NCBI RefSeq assembly: GCF_006345805.1
Contig: NC_043010.1
Location: 53,630,001 to 53,694,000, forward strand
Direction of reading: 5' to 3'
Length of the DNA: 64,000 nt
Source of the DNA: Octopus sinensis
Taxonomy: Eukaryota
The stretch's first letter is position 1, and each line of letters opens with the position of its first letter. Positions 24,730 to 38,848 of the stretch are shown here, piece after piece. Under the pieces are notes generated by a model, which saw nothing but the letters and a program-made list of their open reading frames with translations, was not told where the DNA came from and did not search any database. Position numbers and translations under genes: made by a program.

Positions 24730-25256
24730 TAAATACCAAGATACACTGTGCGAAGTAGAAGTATGGAGGGCGTCCTAGACCCATGTAGGCTTGGTAAAGC
24801 AACTCCACAGGAACGCTCGTGATGATTCACTCTTTCCACAGCAAGGTCATCACGTACGTTTACTGGGGTTTCTCTGTACATTACGTTAAGCAAACAGTAC
24901 GTTGTGGGAGATGAGGAAGAGATTTCGTCGCAAAAGGCCAGAGTTATTCCACTCGATTCGGGGACACGTGCAATAGGACTATGCAACAAACCTACAGCTC
25001 CATTTTTCCTTCTCTCCTCGTCTTCATTTTCTTTCTATATACACACACGCATGCGCACGCCACGCTTACCCGCGCGCATATTGGCTCCGACACTGACACA
25101 GACACAGACACACAACAAGATATGTTAGAACGTACCCTTGAACAATAGCCATATATAAATAGAACAGAGAGATAGCTGCAAAAACAAAATGAAATGCACT
25201 TATAATCTAGGCAGACCCCATCTTCTGCTTTAAACAAAAAAATATTCCATGTCTGT

Positions 25257-25302
<46 letters not shown>

Positions 25303-25417
25303 GTTTGTTTGTATGTCTATCTATCTAAGTACCTATCTAGCTATCTATCTTTCTCTCTCTCGATATGTACTTATATACATAACATATACATATATATATA
25401 CATATATATATATATAT

Positions 25418-25469
<52 letters not shown>

Positions 25470-26006
25470 CTATATATATATATATATATGTATGTATATA
25501 TACATATATAATTAAAAACGGGATAAAACCTTTCTAAGAAATTATCAAGTAGTTAGCGCGAAAAGCCCCATAAAGAAAAAAAATTATTAATTTTCCCTTT
25601 AAATATATTTATTTATATAAAGGGCATTTCTATACATAAATGCCTCACCCTAGGAGGGACTCAGTCAAAATTACCACAATAAAAATATATATAAAATAAA
25701 GAGAGAGTATACATATATATATATATCTTTGTTTCCTTTCGTTGTTTCAGTCATTTGACTGCGGCCATATTCGTTGTGAGCCTAGTACTCATTGTATCGG
25801 TATCTTACACCGAACTGCTAAGAAACAGGGACATAAACACACCATCAACGGTTGTCAAACGATGGGGGAAGGGAAACACATGCATAAACACACACATATC
25901 TATGTATGTATGTATCTATCTATCTATCTATCTATATCTATCTATCAATCTATTATCTATATATCTATTTATCTATCTATCTATCTATACTATCTATCTA
26001 TCTAAG

Positions 26007-26040
<34 letters not shown>

Positions 26041-26915
26041 CTCTCTATCTTCTCTCTCTCCTCTATATATAGATATATATATATATATAGCTATATATAT
26101 GTGTTGTGTGTGGTGTCTGTCTGTCGTGTGTATGTATATATATATTTATACATGTCTATATATATGCATATTTTGAGTGTGTGTATGTGAATTAGTTGAC
26201 ATGCGTTTATTTACATATACGTAAATACATTAATACATATATCCGTATAAATGTATATGTGTGCATATATCTACATTTAATAAATATATGTCCGTATACA
26301 CGTGTGTGCGGAATTGTCAACACAAACAAACTGGCCCGTGAGGACATGCGGCACAGACACAAATGCACACACACACACAACAACCATACATACACATATA
26401 CACACACATATACATATTATTCAAAATTAATTTTGTAGAGAGATTGAAACGAAACTATTTATCAAATCGCTTTCAAATGTCATTATAAAAGAGCCATTTA
26501 AGATCACCAGAGGCTTTTAACATATTAATATGTTAAATGCCTCTGAGTCTTTTATGTCTTAAAGACCTTCAGGTGAAACCTATATTTATTTTCAATGAAA
26601 TTTATACTTTAACATTGGGAAATAACGGATATTGATATTTTTGTTGTAAGAATCCTTATGTATGTGTGTGTGTGTGTGTTGTGTGTGTGTTTGTACACAT
26701 TATTTGTATCAAGTATCTATCTATCTATCTAAATTTCTATATATCTGCCTATCTGCACACACACGCGCATACACATACATGCATATGCATATATCCGTAT
26801 TATATACACATATACGTGTGAATATTTCATACATATTGGGAATATAAATATTTTTATACATACACACATGTATGCGCCTAGACTTATATACACAGACACA
26901 CAGACACAGACACAG

Positions 26916-26948
<33 letters not shown>

Positions 26949-26954
26949 TATATA

Positions 26955-27152
26955 TGATAGATCGTTAGCTCCTACACGCATTTATTTCACTCCTTGTTTC
27001 TCTCCTTGTTTTTTCCTGTGTATCTTTCTGTCGAAGAGCGTAGGCTCGAAACGTAAAAGACATTTTCTATTTCTATTTCTGAGCGCTACACTAATACATT
27101 TGTTTGTACTCCACCTGCTCGTGTCTTTGTTTATTTTCGTAAACTTTCCCTT
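26955..27152 (+). mobile_element. Short Penelope-like terminal fragment with variant hammerhead motif (27023-27060)
   Basis: TCTTT-CTGTCGA-A-GAGC-GTAG-GCTC-GAAA-CG-TA-AAAGA. Homologous to 55720-55866 (minus) and ends at (TA)n. Confidence 0.65.
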
Positions 27153-27168
27153 TATATATATATATATA

Positions 27169-27228
<60 letters not shown>

Positions 27229-27291
27229 CGTTCACTTATACCTATACATACATACTTACATACATACATACTACATACATACATACATACA

Positions 27292-27327
<36 letters not shown>

Positions 27328-27594
27328 TATCTATGTTGGTATATATATTTATCAAAAGAAAAACAGGATGCAAAGGATGTAGCGGTACATATGTTTCTGT
27401 CTTTTATTAGACAGTTTATATCAATGCATTATTGATGTAATATGTATGTCAATAGCCATCTTCAGCCGCGCACAATTACCACACCAAGGATATGTATTAC
27501 ATTATAAGTTTGAGAAAAAGACGATTTTCGTTGGGGATGCAAATCCTCACAGTCGTATACAACAGAGCGAGACACTGTTGGTATATATCTTTAT

Positions 27595-27654
<60 letters not shown>

Positions 27655-27914
27655 TTATCTATATATAGATATATATATATATATATATGTAAAGTTACTA
27701 TTCAGAATTCATATTCCCGTTCATCGGACAGTTTAGATTGAGAATATATTTGAACAATATTGATAACTGAGAGCGAACCCGCAATCGTGCTGGTGTAATC
27801 TTTTACTATTTATACAAACACACATACACACACGTACACTCATACACACTCACACACATACAAACGTACACTCAAACATACTCACATATATATGTAGATA
27901 AATATATACATGTA

Positions 27915-28010
27915 TTGAATTCCGTATGTCAAACACTAACCTTGGACACATTTTTGAATTCCTTGTGAAACACTAACCTTGGACATATTTTTGAATTCCA
28001 TGTCAAACAA
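27915..28010. repeat. Tandem repeat, ~37-bp unit x2.5
   Basis: TTGAATTCC..TGT.AAACACTAACCTTGGACA.ATTT repeated. Confidence 0.85.
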
Positions 28011-29125
28011 TCGTGGATATGCTGACAAAATCAGAAAATACAACACAGCAACATGACTTTCGGAAAACATGTTTTCGCGCTCAGAATAGTGCTTAACTGG
28101 TATTTATTTTAACAACCTCGAAAAGGTTATTTGAACTAAGAACGTAAAGCCGGCGCTAAACGTAGCAAAGCGTTTTTCTGGCGTTCTTACGATACTGTCA
28201 GTTCATCGCCTTAAGGGGACACGAGAATAATGCAAATAACCTACCTCCCAAAAAAAAATCGATAATATGGTATTCTAAATTGCAAAATATCTCTTCAAAA
28301 TACCAGGTAAACATGGTTAATCCAAATACACGTCTTCAAATAGTTACATCTACTTCAGTTGTTTCTCCCAAATTTCGGAGATGTAAATTATCTGGCCAAG
28401 TCATTTGATCTGAGATTTTACACTGAAATTGAAAGAATTACGTCTTCGAAGTCTCGTTTTACTCATTTAAGAACACACAATAAACAGTTATATTTCACTT
28501 TCCGACATTAAGCTGTTCTATTAAGACAGAAATAAACGAAAATTGAATGTAACAGTTTGAGTAAGTTCCTAAATGACTAAAATGTCTCTTCCTTGTAGTA
28601 TTGTCTCTCAAATTTTAACGTAATATTCACAAAGGTGGCGTTGTAAAATTACTAATGACTGAAATTAGTATAGTCTTAATATCTGTAACTTGAGAATTTA
28701 GCTTATAAATATGTTTCCATTAGATGGCTCGCACATGTCTTCCACATAAGACGCTAGAATTTGTGTGTTCCGTTTGCTATACGTACGCGATATATTGGAA
28801 TACGCTGGTCGTTACTCTACACCGTTATTAATTTCTTAAATATCAACTGTAAGATAAGCGAATGGTTTCTTTTCTGCAAAGCATCAAAAGCATTTTAAAT
28901 ATATCAAATTACATAAACAGCGTATCATATAGTAAGCCGTTATATACATACATACATACATATACTTAAATACATACACAAATAAACATATACATATATG
29001 TGTGTATGTATGTGTATATATATATATATATATACATACATACATATATACATACATATACTTACATACATACACATATAAATATATACATATATGTGTG
29101 TATATATATGTACATACACATACAT

Positions 29126-29170
<45 letters not shown>

Positions 29171-29296
29171 CATATATACATACACACATACGTACGCATA
29201 TATACAAACACACACAAATATGATCTCAGTATAAATATGTATACTTTGTTCTCCATATATTTCATAACTCCTAAGTATTTTATCTATGATAAAATA

Positions 29297-29383
<87 letters not shown>

Positions 29384-29845
29384 GGTGTGTGTGCGTGTGT
29401 GGGTATATGTGTGTATGTGTGTGTGTTGTTATTATATATGTATATAACTATCATGTACGTGTATATACATACATATCATATACAATATATATATATATGT
29501 ATTCATGTGCGTGCATATATGTATGTTGTGTGTGCTTTTATGCATATTCATATATGTATAAACATAATATATATATATATATATATAATTATATATATAT
29601 ATATATGTATAAATTAAGAGCTGTAATATTTCTACGAATAAATATTTTACATATTGTGATCATTATTCGATACAGAAATCAATGGACAGCGGATACATAT
29701 ATTTAGTGTATTAATATTTGACAGTCTAAGGCGGTGAGCTGGCAGAAACGTTAGCACGCCGGGCGAAATGCTTAAACGTTGGTTGTATGCAGATTAGTAG
29801 CACCAGTTCTCCAGAGCTACAAGATTTGATGAATATATAAGCGGG

Positions 29846-30140
29846 AATGGCCTAATGGTTAGGGCAGCGAACTCGCGGTCGTAGGATCGCGGTTTCGATT
29901 CCCAGACAGAGTGTTGTGAGTGTTTATTGAGCGAAAACACCTAAAAGCTCCACGAAGCTCCGGCAGGGGGTGGTGATCCCTGCTGTACTCTTTCACCACT
30001 CTTTCCCTCACTCTTTCTTCTGTTGGCCTGCTCGCTTAGCCAGCGGGGTGGCGTCATTCGGAGGCTAAAACAATGCGAACGCATTGTGACCAGCGATGTG
30101 TAGCAACATCTGATGGTCTGGTCGGTCACGTGATCACGTG
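29846..30140 (+). mobile_element. Family C SINE with 12-bp TSD
   Basis: Flanked by ATAAGCGGGAAT (29837-29848, 30141-30152). Same tail as 47693-48000. Confidence 0.85.
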
Positions 30141-30399
30141 ATAAGCGGGAATCTAGGATTGGTCTGATGAATGTGTACACATTTAATGATATTCAAATAA
30201 GGGTCGAAAATTGATAAAGTCCGTAGGTCAATAGCTTTTAGTTAACAGAAAAACAGGTAAATTTGACATAGGTTTACGTAGATTAGCAGTGGAATTCTTG
30301 AGGCGTGGAGAACACAGCGGCGACTGTCCAGTAAGCTTGTATCTTAGAACAGCATTGCGTTTACAAGCACAGACGAAGCCAGTTGGACGCATCTACGAA

Positions 30400-30570
30400 A
30401 TCACCTTCACCTCGGATCCTATTGTCTTCAAATGAACGGATACAGCAGAAATAATAGATAGCGAAATTACAAGAGGAAACCAACAGGACGTTCACAGCTG
30501 GAAAGCGATTGTCCATAGGCTTTTTCGATCACAGCACTCCGATGGCTAAACGACGACGACAACAGACAAC
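30400..30570 (+). mobile_element. Possible 3' end of RTE-like LINE
   Basis: ..QDVHSWKAIVHRLFRSQHSDG* followed by an ACGACGACGACAAC tail resembles RTE termini. Weak. Confidence 0.35.
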
Positions 30571-31243
30571 TTTGTGACCATAAATCGATATTATACTATA
30601 CTTTAACCATCCTTAGTGTTTGCTACGAAGGCCTGTTTAGACCTGTTAATTTTGTCTCAATTTTTCTCCCCCCACCCACCCTCGCCTGCTTTCCGTCCTC
30701 TTCGTTTTGCCACTGTCCCTGCTTTCCGTCTGCCTCGTTTTGCCACTCTCAAGTTTCTTGGACTACTTGCTGTGATTGTAGTCGTAGGAAATTGTTCGTC
30801 TCTTTCAATTAAATATAACTGAGAAACACTTCAAGGGGTGAAACACGCATCATTTAATTTTATCTTGTTATTTATTAGGTCTTTTTATGCTATATATCCT
30901 ATGGCAGTAATCACAGTGTTGCACAACACAAGCAGACACGCACACACCCACACGCAGACAGACAGACACACACAGAGACACACACACAGACACACACACA
31001 CACACACACACACACACCACACACACAAATGCTCATATATACATATACGCACATGCAGACAAGAGATAAACATACACACACACGTCCGGTTATCTACAGG
31101 AATATGTGTATACGTGAATTTATCCTACGCATCTGTACACACACACACATATACATATATATTTGTGTGTGTATGTGCATAGGGATATGAATATATGTAT
31201 ATATATATAAATGTGTGTGTTTGTATGTGCATAGGCATATGTA

Positions 31244-31284
<41 letters not shown>

Positions 31285-31286
31285 TT

Positions 31287-31362
<76 letters not shown>

Positions 31363-31507
31363 TTATACAGATAATATAAATGTATGTAAGTGAATATATA
31401 TGTATGTATATACATGTGTATATATCTATATCTATATCTAAATATATATATATATAGATATAGAGAATATATATATATAGATATATGTACAAACATATAT
31501 ATATATA

Positions 31508-31559
<52 letters not shown>

Positions 31560-31667
31560 TATATATATATATATGTATGTATATATATATATCCATGTAT
31601 GCATTCTTGTTTTGTGTGTGGAGTCACCATTCGTCCTGATAACTCAATAAACTACCATGAGGCAGAG

Positions 31668-31725
31668 ATTAAATACACAGTGTGTGGGAAAATCTATTTA
31701 ATCGAGACTGGCAGACATATAAAGA
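31668..31725 (+). pseudogene. Possible GIY-YIG endonuclease scrap (Penelope-like)
   Basis: [19 protein letters not shown] resembles I.C..CGK.YIGETGR.L. Short and degenerate. Confidence 0.35.
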
Positions 31726-32100
31726 ATGGTAAGATGGCACCAGTTTCAGGCAATATTGCTACTGGCTATTGGGAAAGTGGATGTTTACATATAATTCAAA
31801 TTTATGTCTTCCTTTTCATATAATTTACTGACTTAATATGCATTAAGCATTGATGTTAAATTTACGATCATTGACTCATAGATTTAACATATAGTGAATA
31901 GTCGCATCTGTCTTTCTCCCTGTTCCCTATCTCTGTCTCTCTGTCTCTCTGTCGCTCTCTCTCTCTCCCTCGCGGTGTATAAATGTTTGTAGGTATATAC
32001 GTATTTATGTATATATGTATATATGTTTACATATATGTGTCTGTGCATGTATGTTTTTATGTATATGTACACAGGAGCATAGACACACACATATATAAGC

Positions 32101-32131
<31 letters not shown>

Positions 32132-32282
32132 CGTATATATTTATTTTTATATCTGTGTGTGTCTGTGTATGTATGTATCTATGTATGTAAGTATATGTGC
32201 ATACATATATAGAATACATACGTGTAGTGTATACGTACAATTGTACACAAACTCGTCCACAGGCGTCCACACACATGAATAT

Positions 32283-32353
<71 letters not shown>

Positions 32354-32969
32354 ATGCTCCAGCATAGCCATAGTCAAACGACTGAAACAAGACTTTATAT
32401 ACATATGGCATATATATATATACATGATGCCTAAGCAGTTTATACACTCACTGAATGATTACAAAGGCAGTCTCTATTAAAATACTATTGATTTTCAAAA
32501 TTTCATAGATTCTATAGCTATAAATTTTATCTTCTTTATGAACATTTGTTTTCATACTGAAGCCGTTCGGATCCAGATACGCTTATTACATGAAGCAATG
32601 GTTAGCAAATATCAAGAAACTTTTCCTTCCGTATTTGTGCACCTTCTTGTTCAATAACTGTCCTAAACTTGTCGGCTATTGACTATTTTACACCATAAAA
32701 CTTTAGCTTTGCAGTATCACCATAATAATGCTCTGTGCTGTGAGGTCCGTTGAATACAGTGTACTTTCTCTAAATCTGTTTGAAAACCTGTCTGAAAAAA
32801 GCTCAATGTAGGGCCGTACGTTTCTTTGATAGTATGGTGAATAACAGCTGTCTGGCAATAAAAATGTACACCAACAAATTTATATATACCTATATATATA
32901 TATTTATATAAGATACATATATAGGGTGGCCTAGCATGTATAAATAGTCAATAGACAACATATTCTTAG

Positions 32970-33310
32970 TTTAAAGTAGTGTACATTTAAACACAAGAGA
33001 AAACTACCATTTAACATGTAATTTTTATATGCTAGAAGAAGCAACCAAAACGGCCAAAATCACAAGTTTCGAAGATGAAAAATAAAAACTTTTACCTTGT
33101 TTTTATTTTGCGGTTATACCATGGTTTCAAATTTCTTTTCAAATAATATTATCTGCCACCAATAACAAGGTAAAAGTTTTTATTTTTCATCTCCTTCGAA
33201 AATTGCTATTAAATCGTGGTTTTGGCCGTTTTGGCTGCTTCTTCTAGCATGTAAAAATTACCTGTTAAAGGGTATTTTTTTCGTGTGTTTAAATATACCC
33301 TATTTTTAAA
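32970..33310. repeat. Long inverted repeat (~130-145-bp arms, ~62-bp spacer)
   Basis: 32970-33101 pairs with 33164-33310 (e.g. ATGCTAGAAGAAGCAACCAAAACGGCCAAAA / TTTTGGCCGTTTTGGCTGCTTCTTCTAGCAT). Confidence 0.9.
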
Positions 33311-34177
33311 TACATACACATATATAAGGTCCTCGTAGTGTGTAAAGTCAGGATATTTCCAGAAAAGCACTCACCAGGAATACTAGGCTATGAAAAGTTT
33401 CGGTTTCCAGGGCATTTCTTTAGGTGGACTACATACAAAGAGTAAAATGAGTTTGGCGAAGAGTACAGAAACAATTGTAGCAAATCATTTGAAATGCGTT
33501 AAGAATCATCTTTGTCGTCTTCTCATTATTTGGACACACACAGACACACACCAGTACACATACAAATACAGACACACACACACTCACGTATGTATTTATA
33601 TAGCACCGTGGAATTGATATATGTGTGTGTGCATACACATGTACATATATAAGCATGCATATATGTATAATGCATATATGTATAATATACAGATATATGT
33701 ATATAAAAATATATATACACATACTTATGTATATGTGTGTGTGTCTGATTTTGAGATACTCTGCAGAGATAAAGCCAAAGTAGAGAAAGACAAATAAAGA
33801 AAAGACGCGTATATCATTGGACATAGTATTTACCCCAAAATGGAAGACAGAAAAATATCTTTAATAAATAATAATTAAGTAAAGAGAACATCAATATATT
33901 ATTTAATTATGAGACAACGAAATGCGTTTTTTTTTCTCTTCGTTATCACCTCTAGAATGGCTCATATTAAATTACGTCAAATGAACGTGAACACAGAATC
34001 ATACCTATGATTACGCATGCGTAGGTATTTACATATGCGTACAAAACCACGCCAAAATACATATTCAAACTTATATAAGTTTGTGTGCGTGTACATACAT
34101 ATATACTTATACATAAATACATACACATGTACACAATATACACACATACTTATGTAAAGTACAGTGTACATATATAC

Positions 34178-34225
<48 letters not shown>

Positions 34226-34324
34226 ATGTATCTAACTGTATGTACGTGCATGTGTGTATAAACCTATACACATGTGAGTTGTGTCTGTACATATATACAT
34301 AATAATAATAATAATATGATTAAC

Positions 34325-34381
<57 letters not shown>

Positions 34382-34478
34382 TATATATACATATATATTT
34401 ATATACATATATATACGTTATATATGAATAATATGATTAATGTGTGTGTATATATATACGTTATTTGTCTCCCTATAT

Positions 34479-34515
<37 letters not shown>

Positions 34516-35592
34516 GAGGCAAATAACGTATATATTTCTATACACATACATAAACAACACTCCCACCTCTCCATATTGACACAACACATATACACACATA
34601 GAAATAGAAGTGGACAGAGATATGAAGACTAAATGCATTATAGTGAAATTAGAAGTCAATTTTATTTGAAGTGACAATTCACAATTTATTGTTTAAAATA
34701 TATACGGAAAAGTACATAGGTAATGCAGGATAAATAATAATAATAATACCAAATGAAGCTGCGATTTCACACGTTCTGTTCCGAGTTTTGTGTCCTTGGT
34801 TTTGAAACGATTTCGATTTTATTGTGCTAGTCTGGTTTATTAATATTGTGATCTGGCAGAATGGTTAGCATGCTGGTTAAAATGCTACGCCGCAGTTTGA
34901 TCGTCTTTATGTTCAAATGACCTCGATGTATACTTTACCTATTATACTTTCGGGTTGGTAAAATAAGTACTAGTCAAGCACTGAAAGCGACTAGCCCTTT
35001 CCCTAAAATTTCAGGTGTTGTACCTATAGTAGAAAATATATTTTTCTCAGCATTACGCAGAGCGGTCAAATTCCAGCGAGGACGAATTTGCCTTTCAACC
35101 TTTCAGCGACTGCAAAACAATGTACTACTCAAGTGTTGGGGTCCATGAAATCTACCTTCTCTTTCCTCGGAATGGCTGTCCCGATGCGAAAACTAGAAAG
35201 AATATTTATTATTTTGTACGCTTAGCCCCAATTCTCGCGGCTTTACATCAAAGTTCATATCTTACCACGATTGACTTTACCTTTCGTCCCATTGCGATTG
35301 ATAAAAAAAGGTACTAATCAAGCTGATGAACACAGTGTCCAAGAACATCCTCTGGTGGACATGAATAAGGGGCTGCCTTGTCCTCCTCATATGGTTTAAT
35401 GAAGAATTTCCTGAAGTCCATGGATGAAATTAGTAAAAACCACCTATTCACATCTTTGTCTCAGAGAGAGAAAAAACATAATTGATCTAAAATATTAGGC
35501 GTGTACTTATATTAGAAAGAACTGAAAATAATTAGACTGGAAGTCGGCAAGCTGGTGTCAAAATTAGGTGCCAAAATTAGGAAGAATAATTA

Positions 35593-37083
35593 CACTAGTT
35601 TACAAAGAAATTGAGACAAACATAAGAATAGTTGTTCTAACCTAATTCTAGGATGCTGGCTTCAGATACAAAACCAGTCATCACGCATCACCTCTAGTTT
35701 TTGAGATATAGATTATTATGATTTTGTAACTATTTACATAACCATATATAAGATCAGTTTTGTATTTTATTTTCCAGATTTTTTTAATACATATGTTACA
35801 TATCTCCACAATGGCTTCAAGCACTTCAAAATACTGAGGATACATCAAGAAGGCAAGTTCATTATATTGCTTGTATGGGAATTTCACGACAGTTGCGCAG
35901 CGTCGAGCAATTGCTTCCTTCCTGAAACCGCTTACTTTCATTATTTTGAGTGAAAAATTGGAGATCAGGACAAATCCTGGGCCCCACACATCTGTTGTAA
36001 ACCCTGCTAAAATGGACTAATTGCAATTTTTAACAGCAAGAAAGCAGCCTTCAACTTTGCTGTCCCAATGGTCAGGAGAGAGCCACGAAGCCATTGCAGA
36101 ATCACGAAGAAGCCATGCAGATTATTATTTGTTTGTCTAAAAAATATAACAGGTATAAATGCTTCTTCTAGAAAAAAGTTAAATATTCCAACCTTCCCTC
36201 ATCTATGAGACCTGTTCCCCACTCAGATGATCTCCCTGTCACTAAGCCCCCCAGCAAATAAGGATATTCTTCTTTGATCAGATGAAGAAAGACCTCCATT
36301 GGAAGATTCTGCCAAGTCAATCTCTTCTTAAGACAAAGTCTCTGTTTATTCATGAGCAAGCGGCAATGATCACCACTTGATCACGCAGGAAGACCTGAAT
36401 GACCTAGCCCGTGGTTTGTATCTATCTAAGCAGCAATCAGAGCTCCTGGCATCCTGGTTTAAGCAGTGGAATCTGGTCAAGGCAGATGTAATTATCCTCA
36501 GTTTCAGGACAAGGGAAAATGCCTCTGTTTCATTCTTCAACATGGAAAACAGGTCGTGATACTGCACAAGGGTTTCTGGCTTGTTCACCTTTCTTGGTTT
36601 TCCACACAATCTCTCAGACTGGCGTCTTTTCATAAACTCTTCCAAGCGATGTCTGAAGGCTGTGCTCCTGCACAATGGGAATAAATATCCCAGCGTTCCC
36701 ATTGCCTACTCAATCCATCAAAAGGAGTTATATGACAATATGGAGCTCCTTTTGGAAGCTGTCAAGTACAACCAGTACCAATGGAGTCCATGCGGGGGTC
36801 TGAATGTCATCGGGCTACTTAGGGGTATACAAACAGGCTTTACAAAGTACCGTTACTTTCTCCGTCTCTCGGACAGTCAACCTGTGTCCAAGTGCTACAA
36901 GCAGAAAGACTGGGCATCTAGGGATAATTATGTGCCTGATGAACGCAGTGTCCAAGAAAATCCTCTGGTGGACATTAACAAGGGGCGTCTTCCTCCTCTT
37001 CATATGATTTAATGAAGAATTCCCTGAAGGCCAGGGACAAAATTAATAAAAAAAAAACATCTATTCACATCTTTGTCTCAGAG
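35593..37083 (+). mobile_element. Decayed Chapaev-type (CMC superfamily, Chapaev3-like) DNA transposon, 3'-truncated
   Basis: AYFHYFE*KIGDQDKSWAPHICCKPC, FAVPMVRREP, QEDLNDLARGLYLSKQQSELLAS, WRLFINSSKRCLKAVLLHNGNKYPSVPIAYS, ENPLVD..LPPLH..LMKN. CACTAG.. TIR-like start at 35593. Confidence 0.85.
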
Positions 37084-37496
37084 CAAAAAAAGTTTTGTAA
37101 ACCTATTCAAGACCTATGAACAGTGAGAACTGTTTAGTAAGTTGGGAAAGCCCCAAGTGGTATTTCTTCTGGTACTTTCCGTTCTAAGAGCTGATTCCCA
37201 GAAGGTCAGCTTTGTCCTTTGTATTTTGGGGGATAGAATTCATAGTATCACTCAACTCCTGAAATCGAAACAGTCGACTAATTCTTGTTCCTTTAAAAAT
37301 TGCTGGTGCTCTGCCAAAACTTAAAACCATTATATTATACTCGCTGGACTAAAACGATGTTTGAAATAAAAAAGTGGGGAAAATTTGACGCTTCTCAAGG
37401 TAATTATATATTGTACTAAGCATTTCAATGAAGAAAAAATGCTAAAAAGAAAGTGAACCAAAGTGGTATATTTGGAAGTAAGTTACGGGGAGAAAG

Positions 37497-37533
<37 letters not shown>

Positions 37534-38166
37534 AAGAGGGATAAACAATATAGAGAAAAAGAGACAGAGAGAGGGATGAAGGAGTGATGTGAAATATACA
37601 AAGGGAACGTAAAAGAGAAAAGAGAAAGGTTTGAGTAAATGAAAGAAAAAGTGAGAGGGGATAACCAGCCTACGGCTGTCTGGCAATGTAACGGTGAATG
37701 CAGCGCTACAACATGTGCGTTGGAGTCCATATATCTTACGTTGAAGGATATTGGAGTTTTGGCCTTTTTTTTTTAAATCGATAGATGTCGAACTCAGAAA
37801 ACGTCTCAATTTTTGGGAATGCGCTTTGTGACATCAATACAGAAAAAAAAGTACCAGTTGCATCAATAACTCAAAAATAAATAGATCAAAATGTGCGATG
37901 CACAGCGGTAAAAATTACTATGCAGAATCTTTCGTGTGATGCATAAAGCCATCTTACCTGTGCTTTACTTTGTAATCTACAGATACGTCTGAAAACGAAG
38001 GTAACATGATAATAAAAAACAAATCTTACCTGCTCCCTCGTCTTTTACAGTTCTATATCCATATGTATATATCACCGTAAAACAAATCAAAAAAAGCAAG
38101 ATTTGGCTTTTAATGTTCTGTTACATTCTCGCCTATACAATACTACATGTTAATTTTAGCATAATA

Positions 38167-38289
38167 CGAAGGGTGTATGAAAAGTCTTGAGCCTCAAAAC
38201 ACCAAAGCATGTTACAAAATTTCTGATGAAGGTACAAAACCTCAAAGCTCAAAGGCCTTGAAGGCTCAAAACTTTTCATATACCCCTCG
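38167..38289. mobile_element. Mariner-type MITE
   Basis: 28-bp TIRs CGAAGGGTGTATGAAAAGTCTTGAGCCT / AGGCTCAAAACTTTTCATATACCCCTCG, flanked by TA on both sides. Confidence 0.85.
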
Positions 38290-38615
38290 TATATCTGACA
38301 CAATAGATTTCGTGATCGTAAATATTCGGGAGTTTTAAGCAACAAAACAATAACAGTAACATTAAACGCAGGGAATGCAGTGTAAATAACGGACAGAGTG
38401 AAGACTATTGAAAAGGTTGCAAGACGCTACGAAAATTTTAGGAAGATAAAAATAAGAAATAAGTGGAAATTGTACCGGTGAGTGTGTTACATTATAAGGC
38501 AACAAAAAGAAAATAACTCTCCCAAGACACAACATAATATGCTTCAACACACGAACTCATATAAAGAATCTTGCAAACCAAATGCCAAAACGAAAAGTAA
38601 CATTAAAAATATACC

Positions 38616-38848
38616 TATTTCTTTACTACCCACATGGGGCTAAACACAAAGAGGATAAACAAGGACAGACAAACGGATTAAGTCGATTATATCGACCTCA
38701 GTGCGTAACTGGTACTTATTTAATCGATCCCAAAAGGATGAAAGGCAAAGTCTACCTCGGTGGAATTTGAATTCAGAACGTAGCAGCAGACGAAATACTG
38801 CTAAGCATTTCGCTCGGCGTGCTAAAGTTTCTGCCTGCTCGCCGCCTT
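38616..38848 (-). mobile_element. Family B SINE with 19-bp TSD
   Basis: Flanked by GTAACATTAAAAATATACC (38597-38615, 38849-38867). Confidence 0.9.

Larger units (their letters stand above)
23640..25005 (+). mobile_element. Decayed mariner (DD34D-type) transposase interrupted by two SINEs
   Basis: EMLLDAYG..FWWHK..RE.L.DHESCGR (HTH), DLNVRKIC..VTCDES.YDPDTK (first catalytic D and YDPETK motif), then PRP..SNSTG.LVMI..F.SK..RFRRKRPELF..Q*DYA. Confidence 0.8.

Noticed and set aside
27915-28010. 37-bp repeats as a CRISPR array
   Set aside because: Head-to-tail tandem units without unique spacers, in a eukaryotic context with no cas genes.
31094-31630. Numerous YIYI-type ORFs throughout the window
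   Set aside because: (TA)n repeats lack stop codons, so these are artefacts.
32560-32860. Possible minus-strand L2/CR1 remnant (TDLEKV-like)
   Set aside because: Similarity is too fragmentary to support by eye.
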